Origin: Epithemia pelagica
Taxonomy: Eukaryota > Protista > Bacillariophyta
Length of the DNA: 64,000 bases
NCBI GenBank assembly: GCA_946965045.2
Contig: OX337229.1
Location: forward strand, 2,790,001-2,854,000
Direction: 5' to 3'
A program made the position numbers and the translations under genes. Below are positions 33,011-43,635 of the stretch, piece by piece. The stretch's first letter is position 1; every line of letters starts with the position of its first letter. The notes under the pieces were generated by a model. The model did no database searches. It worked only from the letters and a program-made list of their open reading frames with translations, and had not been told where the DNA came from.

Positions 33011-34168
33011 ATGACGATAAGAGATGCCACCAACTACTGCTCCGCTTGCCAAGAGGTTTGCTTTCACCATCCAACGCACTGTACTGTGTGTGGAACCGCT
33101 CTTGAAGCAGCACCATTATCCGACAGAAATAATTCATCGATAAATGGGGAACGAGCGGGTAGCCGAAATGATCGCATTGATATATCCCCGATACCTCAAG
33201 AACTTCGGGATGAGACAAGGGCGGCAGACCGAGCGCTACGGGCTGTGCTTCAAAATATTCGTTCACAGATCCAACAAACAGGCCAAGATCAAGAGGATTT
33301 GCTTTCTCAACTCCAAAACATGAGGCAAGAATGGGAAGCAATTCCCGATGCATTATTGGACCCGCATCTTGGATCGTCGAACAGTAGTAGTCGTCCAACT
33401 TCAAAGGCTTACTTGGAAAAGATCCCACGGATAGTTCTTCGAGAGCACTCGTCTCTTCTCTACCAGGCATCACTGAAGATTGATGGTCTCCCTCAAATGG
33501 AAGGAATCTTGGGAGATTTTGATATGGATATCAAACCATCTACACAAACTGGCTGTTTGGTGATCGCTAACCCACGGACGGGTCTTGGTGGCCTGAGTTC
33601 TGAAACACAGAAACTAATGTCCGAGCAAGTCAATGGTGACGGAAAGACTACATTCCTTTGTTTTGAGCGTGGTGACGGTGTTACCTTCGTTCAGAAAGCA
33701 TTCTTTGCACAGGGATCAGGTGCGGCTGCTTGTATAATAGGAAACCACCTCTCCGAACCATGGCCGTACGTTATGAAGGATCCGAGAGGAGAAGTGTCCC
33801 AAAATGGTGGACTGAGAATTCCGACAGTGATGATAAAGAAATCGGATTTCGCGTGCATTTGCAACTTGGACAAACAAAAAGCGCATTCTACATGTCTTGA
33901 AATTTCTCAACCATCTCGAGATTGTGTTGTTTGCACGGAGTCCTTAACTTCGGGCTCGAAAGTGTTGCGTTTGCCCGCCTGTGGCCATTTGTTCCACGAA
34001 CACTGCGTTCTACAGTGGCTCAACAAACACAACACATGCCCATTTTGTCGACATGAGCTTCCAACTGATGACGAAGAGTACGAACAAGAAAGGAGGCGAG
34101 CCCAACGAACTCATGCCGGGAGTTCTAGAGGTACCAATACAGCGACGTACTCTGATTTCTATGGGTAG
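33011..34168 (+). CDS. Zn-ribbon + PA domain + RING-H2 E3 ubiquitin ligase
   Basis: N-terminal CSAC...CTVC. PA-like ERGDGVTFVQKAFFAQGSGAAACII...IPTVMI. RING-H2 CVVC...CGHLFHEHC...CPFC. Confidence 0.88.
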   Translation: MTIRDATNYCSACQEVCFHHPTHCTVCGTALEAAPLSDRNNSSINGERAGSRNDRIDISPIPQELRDETRAADRALRAVLQNIRSQIQQTGQDQEDLLSQLQNMRQEWEAIPDALLDPHLGSSNSSSRPTSKAYLEKIPRIVLREHSSLLYQASLKIDGLPQMEGILGDFDMDIKPSTQTGCLVIANPRTGLGGLSSETQKLMSEQVNGDGKTTFLCFERGDGVTFVQKAFFAQGSGAAACIIGNHLSEPWPYVMKDPRGEVSQNGGLRIPTVMIKKSDFACICNLDKQKAHSTCLEISQPSRDCVVCTESLTSGSKVLRLPACGHLFHEHCVLQWLNKHNTCPFCRHELPTDDEEYEQERRRAQRTHAGSSRGTNTATYSDFYG

Positions 34169-35456
34169 TTATATTAAGATGTTACGCGTCTACCAAGAGG
34201 GTTTGATCTGGTATTGGAAAGGGCAAAGAAATCACAGTTTGATTGTGCTTTTGAGGGTCCCTTGTCATACAATCCATCATCTTTTTGTCTCGGCTGGAAA
34301 TCATTGTTGTGGATATCATGGATAATGAACTTGTCCGCTTGTTCACGACGCACGGTGTGGAACACTCCGAAATGGCCGTAGTTGGCATGTTTAGAAGAGA
34401 AGGATCAAACATCGGTGTGGATATTTGACCCTGATAGTACTATTGCTATGGTTTTCTCCGCATGCGTCCTTGGTAGCTGATGCGTCCATTTCCGGCCGTT
34501 TACCTTTGCCATGTGGAGCCAAACATAAGGGTGCGAACAGGAGAAAGGATTTCGTCCATTTTTTATTCGGTTCATAACATATCTGATGGCTCATCCAAAT
34601 CTAATGATTATTGGTAACCACGACGTTTCTTGCTTCAGGCTAGCGTCCTTTCGTCGGTCTTGAATCTTACCAGAAGCCACATAGTAACTCATGGACATGA
34701 ACAATCGACACAGCTTCGAAATTAAAAAATGAAGCAACACACGGAATATACTGTTTGTGAGATATTCGTAATATGGAACGAGGGACAAGGGACAAGTACA
34801 TATTCACAGTGTGTGAAAGACGCAATAATGATGACTCGGTTCGTTTTATGCGTTACTAGTACTCGTACTATGAAAAATGAAAAATGCGAAATGCGAAATA
34901 ATGCGACAATCAACATCAACGATCGAAGAACAGACTGACATAATATATTATTATTGCCCATAAATACTTCCCTCACCAGTTCTTATGCCTCCTAAAGGGC
35001 TAAATAAAATATTGCTCATTTTCTGGTTGGGTGTGGGGGAGTTGGCAGCAATCCACACCAATAGCCCCCCGGCTGAGACTGACGTGCGAGAATTTTGTAG
35101 AAACACACAACAGAAGACACTGCTGTTCAGACTTCTCATACTACTTCATTCTTTCGCTACTTGTTGAATGGTGAGTGGTGAGAGTTAGAAATCGAGTTTG
35201 TCTGTAAGTTCAAGTATGCTGAAAAGTGCAAAAATGTGAACGATGTTCGTAGCGGATTGCACAAAAGCGAACCAAAGAAACGCTGACCTTGTCACTGAAT
35301 GTCTTTCAAAAAGCATGTGCGAAATGCCATCGCGAAAAGAATCGCGAAGACACAAAAAGGGCTGATGGTCAATTTGCCTTGCGACCCACTGCCGATTCGC
35401 AACTGATAGTCTTGGAGTTACGTTTAGAGTCATTCTACGAAGCCCTCTTTGTCACC

Positions 35457-36111
35457 ATGGTGCAAGATATGAGCTATAACACGACGTCTATCGTCATTGA
35501 AAGTTGGGAGCAGCTTAAACGTATGAAGAACTATGAGCAGGTTGCAGGAGCGATTCTCTTTCAAAAGTAAGGCCTCAGTCATTTGACGCAAATCACCACA
35601 TTGATACAAACTCACTCACTGTTGATCGTTTCTTTTTCTTTGAGTTCAGACTGTTCGAAAAAAGTCGGGCTGCAAAGGTCCTCTTTGGATTTCCCGTTGA
35701 CATAGACCCGAACTCCCCAGAACTGCTTCAAAGTAAGCGCTTTATCATGCACAGCTCGTACATGATACAAATGCTTGACACCGCACTGAATATGTTGGGT
35801 CCTGACATTGAACTACTGACGTAAGTTTAGAGCTCGAATTAAGCTCGAGAGACAGACAGTGGCTTCGTTTGTTGTTCTGATTCGTTTACTTTTGCTTTGA
35901 ACTTTGCAGAGAAATTATGGCCGAACTTGGTTTGAAACACGTTCGCTATGGCGTGAAACCAGACATGTTTGCTCTCATGGGAGAGTCCCTCATTTTCACT
36001 CTGAAGAAATCGTTGAAAGGCGATTTCACGGACGAATGTGAAATGGCTTGGAAAGAAGTTTACAACTCTCTCTCCAAAGACATGATCAAGGCTCAGCAGC
36101 TTAGGAACTAA
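35457..36111 (+). CDS. Single-domain 3/3 globin; exons 35457-35566, 35650-35820, 35910-36111
   Basis: Spliced product MVQDMSYNTTSIVIESWEQL...ILFQKLFEKSRAAKVLFGF...FIMHSSYMIQMLDTAL...LGLKHVRYGVKPDMF...AWKEVY, with CD1 Phe, E7 His and F8 His. Confidence 0.88.
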
Positions 36112-36520
36112 ACCGAAAAGGGTGAAATTTGATACGTTGGCGGGTGCTGAAGATCCAACCGGGCTCTGCCATTTGGACATAGGAGACTTAGGGTTTTGTC
36201 CTCTTGTGTTTGGTTGGAATAGGAGCGAGGTAAAGAAAACCCTGCGATTAAAGACAAAGTCGGTAAAGACTAAAGAACTTTCATGCTTTCATGGCTCCTT
36301 TGCCTACTACGGACATCCCGCATCCCGCTTTGTAGCAGTGGAATACGATCCATACGGTGACTGATGAGCGACCTCTCATGCGACCATTTGGAGATCAAAA
36401 ATTTTTTGTTCGTGAACAGCCTCTTGAGGCCAATCCTTTAGCTCGCAAAACCAAATCAAAATTTCGTGCACGTCAGCATTTTGCGTCACGTTGACGTCAT
36501 ATATCCGGGTAAAAGAGCAT

Positions 36521-36577
36521 TTCCGGATTTGTTCCAACCAATCCAGAACTCTGGATTTGTTCGAACAAATCCAGGAA
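36521..36577. repeat. Tandem pair of a 24-bp palindromic unit (one perfect, one degenerate)
   Basis: 36551-36574 CTGGATTTGTTCGAACAAATCCAG is a perfect palindrome. 36523-36546 CCGGATTTGTTCCAACCAATCCAG is a 3-mismatch copy. Confidence 0.85.
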
Positions 36578-37059
36578 ATTCATTAGGGATAGTGTTTTAC
36601 TATGCTAGTGTAGAGGCTGCCTACAGTTTCGAATATGTCAGGCGGGCGTTCGACATGGTGGGCGGGCGTGACACATGATGGACGGGCGTTCGACTTCAAC
36701 GGTATCCTTGCGCTTCCTTAGTACCCAAAAGTTTTAGTATTCAATTTTTCTAAGTGAAGGGTGGGGGAGGATGGGGGACAGGATTCTAAAAGGCGCGGTC
36801 TTTTGGATTTGTTTTGCGAATGCGTAAGGACGGCGTTAGGCACAATTTCCAAAACCAAATCCGGCCCGGCCCCGCACGGATTGGTTTTGTTGAGCTAAAG
36901 GATTGGCCTGACGGGAGACACGAACGAATACCGAACCCGGCTGATCCCGACCAGGCACAAAACAGAAGGAACAAACACCAACGATTGACTCCTTTGTGTG
37001 AGTGTCGATTTGCAACGGTTCCGTCTTGTTCGCTTTGGCAAAGTCGTGAAAGTTTAGTT

Positions 37060-37641
37060 ATGTCCAAGCGTCTGCTGAAGGTAAGGGCTGTTCGTGTGTG
37101 GAAAGAAACGAGCCGCGTTGAAGCCATCTTGACGTTTGGAGGTCGCGTTTGCATTCAGCTTCACGCGTGTTGGTCTTACAGAGTCTTTTATCTTCACATG
37201 ATTCTCTGATGAATAAAGGAACGAGCCAAGCTTGAAAAAGAGCCACTGGCTTTTGTGCATGAGATTGATGTTATTGAAGAAGATATCTTTCGATGGAATG
37301 CGACGATCAATGGACCAGAGGGGTCGCCCTATGCCGGGGGTAAATTTGTTTTGAGACTCGAGTTTCCTGCCCAGTATCCTTTTAAGCCACCAAAGCTTGT
37401 TTTCGAAACAAAGGTTTATCACCCTTCAGTGATGTTGGAAACTGGTGAAGTCTGCGGTGCCGTTCTCGGAAACTGGGGGCCAACTCTCAATGCGGAACAC
37501 TGTTTATTGACAATCTTCTCTCTACTACAGGATCCTCAACCAGACCACCCTTTGGAAGACGAAATTGCGCAACAACTCGCGAAGAAACCAAAGGAGTTCG
37601 AAAAGACTGCAAAAAAGTATACCAAAGAGCATGCCAAGTAA
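37060..37641 (+). CDS. Ubiquitin-conjugating enzyme E2; exon 1 37060-37080, exon 2 37219-37641
   Basis: MSKRLLK|ERAKL..., GPEGSPYAGG, YPFKPP, YHPS...GEVC catalytic Cys. Confidence 0.92.
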
Positions 37642-38004
37642 ATGAAACGGTTCAAGCAAGTCATCAGTCGAAGCTCCACCGGATTTGTATACTCCCGTCA
37701 GCTCATATACGCTGGACACAACTAAATCAAACAAGAAAAGACCTTTTTTTGAAAGAATATAGAGCTTCCATCATATAGTCTAAGACACGGGATCTCCTGA
37801 ATCTTCGTTGTACAAACCTCCGTCGTCGTAAATCGCACGAGTTCTATATACGTTGACGTATAATCAATATCCCACCACCCCGAAGCCCCATCCGAGGGGA
37901 GTTTCGTTTTAGCAGTAGGAGTGGGAGGACTTAAGAGCTACTATCCTCATACGAGCCCATGGCAAAGTCCAAAATTCTCAAGTCTCGAAAGCACACTCGC
38001 ATGT

Positions 38005-38865
38005 CTACCAAACTTCATTGGCTTCATCGGTTAGCTGCCAAGGGTCCTCCACTGTCACATCCACAATCTCTGGTATCCGTTGCTGAAGGTAGTTTGCAAC
38101 ACGATCCAGAACTGTGGTACGTTGATGCCAGAATCGACCTTTCAACCGAATCACTACGGATGGACCATCCAACTCCACATAATCTACGCCGCCCGTAATC
38201 CCCACCCCGCGATTCTCTGCAGAGTATCCAAAAAGAGTTCTGAACCGTTAAATAAAGAAAAGATATTGTCGTGTCCATGCAAGCAGGTGTTTGTTGCGAA
38301 CAACAACCATGAATTGAGCAAATCGGTCGTACAGAGTATTGAAGAACAACATCTTTTGTTTGAGCTTACCCCAACTCTCCGCGACAAGCACTGAGAACAC
38401 CCAGCACCGTTTCTTCGCTGAGTTCCAATTGAGAACCTTAACAATGTCGTTCAGTTCAGGCGAGAGTTAGTATCAAATCTTAGACAGACGTTCCAGCCAA
38501 ATGCATCATCTCGAAACACAAGTAAACCTACCAGCGGGAACTTGAATGGGAGGGGCTGGTCGATCCACTGACGGTGGCTCCAAAGAGGCTCCGACTTGTG
38601 CTTTGACTTCTTGAGAATCATCTTCTATAGCGTAGTCATTTCTATCCACACGGCGACCCAAAACCACATCATCGTCATCTTCGTCCAAGTCCAAAGCTTG
38701 GAAGTCCGACCAACCGCTCAAGCGGAGGATTGTCGGAATGGACACTTGATTCTCCTGCCGTCGTTGACTGAACAGTACTGGATTGCTGCTGTAACCTGGC
38801 GTCCAAGCAAGACTCAAGGACGTAGTACCCGCAAATAGAACGAACAACAGTCGGATCTTCGTCAT
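38005..38865 (-). CDS. Plastid-targeted NifU_C-like domain protein; exons 38865-38532, 38436-38370, 38239-38005
   Basis: Signal peptide ending SLA-WTP (ASAFAP-like). C-terminus GITGGVDYVELDGPSVVIRLKGRFWHQR...VANYLQQRIPEIVDV resembles NifU_C but has no CxxC. Confidence 0.7.
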
Positions 38866-38901
38866 CGTACACAAAAGATTGCTCATTGCTCTGGTTGTAT
38901 C

Positions 38902-41508
38902 ATGGTGATGGTGGTGATGGGATTGTGTGTGACGTATGACGTCACCCCGATTAAAGATCCAAAAACAAAAACCCTAACCTTACTCATACCAAGAAAATGT
39001 ATGAAGGAAACAACCGCAATGGCGGTTAAACAATACATTGACAAGACTCATGATCTGGAAAACGATCTGGAAAACAACACAACAGAAAACAACACAACCG
39101 AAAACAACCAGCCAACAACATCTCCAAGCCGGGCTCTCGTCATGCTAGACCTGGCAAACATGTTCAACAATGTCAGCCGAACCGAAGCAAGAAAGATTTT
39201 GTTAGAGAACGAAGCGACAACACAATTGGTCCCACTTTTCGACCTACTAACCAAACATACCTGTAACCAATGGTACTTTGATGACAACAAAGCGGCCAAC
39301 TACCTCACACAAACTGAAGGGTTTCCACAAGGCTGCCCACTCAGCCCTCTCTTCTCATGCCTGGTATTACTAGCGCTGACGAACAAACTCAACAACGAAC
39401 AAGCAAAAAGAGCACAACTCAGACTGCGCAACAACGACCCCAACGACGACGGAATGGGCGGCATCGGCCACACCGCATCCATCATGGATGATACATCGGT
39501 ATGCCTGCCACACTGTGACTTACCATGGTTTCTTCAACGCTTCGAAGAGCTTGGCAATCCCCTTGGAATTGTTTTAAACAAATCAAAAACGACCATCCTC
39601 ACCTCCACCAACGGACACTCCCCGTCCAACCTGAACGACAACCAAACACACTGCCTCAATCAAGCACTATCGTTTCTGTCGCCCGATGACCCCTCAAGAG
39701 CAGAAATAACAAGCGGTGTGAGATTCCTCGGTCAACCAATCGGATCCACTGCCTTTGCACAACAGTACATCAACAACAAATTACAAGGCATGCAACACAA
39801 AATGAACTGCATTCTCCAACTCGACGACCTCCAAACACAGCACAATCTCTGTAAATTTACGCTGGTCTCCGCAATCCTGCACCTGCTACCGACCGATGTC
39901 AACCTAGCATACAAGCAGACCAACCCAAGAACGACCCTCTGGTCCAGTCCAACAACAACACAGACAGAACAACTGATCACAAAGTTCCTGGCAAAACTCA
40001 CCTCCCTACCGGAAAATGAAATCTCCAAGTCCTCAGCACTCATCGCCACGATCCCTCAACGACTAGGGGGACTCGGATACCAACAGGCAGCGGTGGCGGC
40101 TTATCCTCGTCTGCTGACACAAACAGCCCGGGCGATAGCTCTGGCAACATCAACCGACACTCCAATCCCACTCGTTCACCAACGAGAACTGTCGAACTGG
40201 AAAGACAGTACCAACGAATATATGACAACCTTCCGTAAGACTCTGTCACTTTTCGCAAACGAATACGCAGAAGAGAGCTTATACGTACCAACGAGGTATG
40301 ATCACACAACACACAATCGCCTTTTGAACCACACTGTGCAAGAACACACAATCCCAAAACTATTCACAGAGACCGACCCAAAGCAGCGAATCTTTTTGCC
40401 CGGCTTACTTTCGCCCCTAACGAGTATGGCTCTCTCTCTTCCACTAACCGCAACCAAATTCCGTTTTCCAAACAGTGTCTTCCGAACCGCCATCAAACGG
40501 AAATTAAGATTGCCTTTGTTCGTCCGAGACCCCACACAATCCTGGCCCCAACGATGTCGCTGCTCAGCCACAAAAGAGATCGACCCAATGGGTGACCATC
40601 TGTACTCCTGCACCTCTGCTTCCAAAACACCTCTTTCAAATGCCATCAGAGACACACTCTACGACATTCTCCGCCAAATCGCTCCAGCCGCCGAAGCCGT
40701 CGACACTCCCCATGATGTCCACATCGAACCCCCAGGTTTGACACCACAACACCAAAGAAACATTAGACCAGCAGACGTCGGTATGCTCCTGTCCAAGCCG
40801 CACAAAAACTCACCGTTTCAATACGTCGCGATTGACATTACTATCCCACCTCCCCAGCAACCCCAAACCATTCTTGACCCGTCCGACCACAACACACTCG
40901 CCACTTTGGCATCTAGGACGCATCAAGAAGCGGCAAGGGCCAAGTTTTGCCGAGACCCCGAGACATCAAAACACCTTCTCCACAATGGCATATACCTTCT
41001 ACCTTTTACGGTAGACCATCTTGGAGCGCTTGGTTCATTCGCCGACCGTCTCCTTTTTCCTTCAATTTCTCAACCACATTTGTTCTCAACGACACAACCA
41101 CCACCTTGGACCAACGCCTTCTTCGGCAAAGACGAAAAACGAAGCAAAGCACATCCTGCGGCATACAGACTCTTTCAAGAAGCGTCAGACGCACCAAGCA
41201 ACCTCTTTACCGCCGCCAACAGCAAAACAAAAAAATTCTCTTACCCAGCAGCCCATATCTACTCGATCGGGCACTATGCAAAAGCCTCCCTTGGCCATGC
41301 AATCGTTTCGGCACTGGCAACTCATGCCAATACCAACATCGCCGCAATACGACAACACCAAACAACACGAAAAACGAGAACCACTCAGTTGCAAAATCTG
41401 GCTACACCATGTTTTACTCCGGTCACTCCCATCTACTCCCCCGCACCTCTGGCACAGTTCCTCAGTGTCACGGACGAAACACCCCTCCTTTGCGTACCCA
41501 CCGCTTAG
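38902..41508 (+). mobile_element. 5'-truncated non-LTR retrotransposon with restriction-like endonuclease (CRE-like clade), single ORF
   Basis: RT motifs LDLANMFN, GFPQGCPLSP, IMDD, FLG; IPQRLGGLG; Zn knuckle CRC...DPMGDHLYSC; RLE RPAD...AIDIT...K; LPFTVDHLGALG. RT motifs 0-2 are absent. A/C-rich sense strand. No TSD recognised. Confidence 0.85.
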
Positions 41509-41644
41509 GAGTCCATTTGTTATAGACCGTAAAATAGTACATAAAAATTTAAAAGAACAATCTAAAAAGAGGGATTCCTCAATCCACCATCACAATATCC
41601 ATATCTTAGTGTTCCGAAGAGCGACGTAACAAATAATAGCAAAC

Positions 41645-42925
41645 ATGAATGTTGCAACCTTGGAAGAAACAAAAACTGCCGGGAAGAGTCCGCGTCGAGG
41701 CGGTCGAAGTATCATCTACGGAGCCGTGGTTGCTGCGCTTGTCCACGTGGCATGGGATATCATTTTCCCATGGGGCGGACCCGTTTCCGTGGGGGAAGAC
41801 TTCAACAAATATGCGCCTGTTGATTACTCAGAGGACAGTCTGATGTTTAAGCACGGACGCACAAAGCGAATTGTTGGAAGGGATGCCGAAGCAGAAAGTC
41901 GTATTCGTGGTCCTGAAACTGTTGTGATCAATCCCACTGAGAGCGACAAGATCTACTTGTTCACGGAAGATGGGTACATTGTGTCAATGTCAGATTTGAA
42001 AGACGACGCATCGGACAAGACCCTCGTCACTGCTCAAACTGCGATTGTCAAGGATTTAGGAAATGGACGAGTCCTAGGAGGTAGCTTCACCAGCGATGGA
42101 AAGACTCTCTACATGGCTGATGAGGTCTTCGGATTAACACGAATCAAGGACATTCACGATCCTCTGTCAAAGGTGGAAATTGTTGTTTCGTCGGTTCTGG
42201 ACGAAAAAACGGGACATCTCTCCAAGTTGTATTATACGGATGATTTGTGCATTGGTCCTAAAACACAGAAGGTCTATTTTACAGATGCCACTGAAGTTCG
42301 TGGTGACATTATTGGTCGCAATCCTCCTGATACATTGTATGCATCCAAAGTTGACTTGCTTCGAGGAAAAAGAACTGGGCGTGTTATTGAGTATGATCCA
42401 GAAACCGACAAGGTGCGCACGCTGGTGGACGGTATTTTCTTTGCCAATGGCATTGCAGTGAACCGTGAAGAATCATACCTTGTATTTGCCGAGACTTTTA
42501 GCTCCAAAATTCTCAAGTACAATCTCAAAGGCCCCAAAGCCGGTGAAGTCGAGGTTTTGGTTGATAGCGGAGATATGATGGGATACCCAGATGGGGTTGA
42601 TTGTGATCGCAACACTGGTCTTTGTTACGCGGTAATGCCCAGTTCTGTCGTTCCTGCGCACAAGCTTCTGGCTGCCATGCCCGGATTTTTGTCCGTGTGG
42701 GTACGATTCCTTCTGATGATGCTTCCACGTCAGTTGTCTCCGCCGCCAAAGAAGTTTGGTGGTGTCCTGGAGGTAAACCCAGAGACTGCTGAATTTCGTT
42801 ATCTTCTTGATCCGAGTGGTGAAGATGTTTCCATGTTTACTGGAGTGACGTGTTTCAAAGACAAATTGTACCTCGGATCCCTTCATAACACGTACATTGG
42901 GACCTACGATCTTAGCGGAAAGTAG
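41645..42925 (+). CDS. Strictosidine-synthase-like / APMAP-like beta-propeller, N-terminal TM anchor
   Basis: GPET, YFTDAT, TGRVIEYDP, FFANGIAV, FAETF, GYPDGV motifs. Confidence 0.9.
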   Translation: MNVATLEETKTAGKSPRRGGRSIIYGAVVAALVHVAWDIIFPWGGPVSVGEDFNKYAPVDYSEDSLMFKHGRTKRIVGRDAEAESRIRGPETVVINPTESDKIYLFTEDGYIVSMSDLKDDASDKTLVTAQTAIVKDLGNGRVLGGSFTSDGKTLYMADEVFGLTRIKDIHDPLSKVEIVVSSVLDEKTGHLSKLYYTDDLCIGPKTQKVYFTDATEVRGDIIGRNPPDTLYASKVDLLRGKRTGRVIEYDPETDKVRTLVDGIFFANGIAVNREESYLVFAETFSSKILKYNLKGPKAGEVEVLVDSGDMMGYPDGVDCDRNTGLCYAVMPSSVVPAHKLLAAMPGFLSVWVRFLLMMLPRQLSPPPKKFGGVLEVNPETAEFRYLLDPSGEDVSMFTGVTCFKDKLYLGSLHNTYIGTYDLSGK

Positions 42926-43635
42926 ATACCTCTTCTTAGGGGCGTTGAGGTCAAGGCAAAGAGAAGCACAACAGAATTGAAGCGTCTTGAATGCATGGGT
43001 AGAGTAATGTCACGAGTTACGAATCCATAGCCACGAGTATTATCATACTTCGTTGAGTATAAATGGGCGATAATAATGATTTATTATGTTTGAGAACTCT
43101 CATACTCCTTACTCCTTGTAGGAGTACCTAGGTAGGAGGACTCTGCTATTATTGTTCCCGTACAGTGGAGAAGCTATGTAGGAGTAAGAGTAACCAACTC
43201 AGGGTCCATTCTATCATTGTGATCTGCCGAAAAAAGCGGTCTAGCAGCAGCAAACTTGTACGTTCTTTTGCTAAGTACAGATCCTACGAAAATCGATGTA
43301 TTTCGAGACACCCAATCTAGGTAGACGCCGACGGGATCAACAGCTTCTTTGGTACCATCTGGTGTGTTGTAAGGCCTTTGCTCTAACCTTACTAACCTTG
43401 TGCGTCTTCGTTCTCGCATAGCATTTCCCGTGACTCGTTAGTCGCGACTAATCGCGCGCTCCGTGTCTTCAGATTTAAAAGTTTCGCCATATTAATTTCA
43501 AGAGGTGCCACAAAACGTGACAAGAAAGAAGAACAGACCCAGGCGACCATACTTCTGCAATGCACTACGGGTTGGTAGGTAGACCGCACAAGAAGATACC
43601 TGAACAATATAACTCTCTTCTTTGATCTTTTCATC

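Noticed and set aside
37420-37470. HPS instead of HPN in the E2 enzyme as a pseudo-enzyme sign
   Set aside because: The catalytic Cys is retained and HPN variants occur in active E2s; not enough evidence.
38972-38977. CCCTAA telomere-like target of the CRE-like element
   Set aside because: Single hexamer only; no array and no matching sequence at the 3' end.
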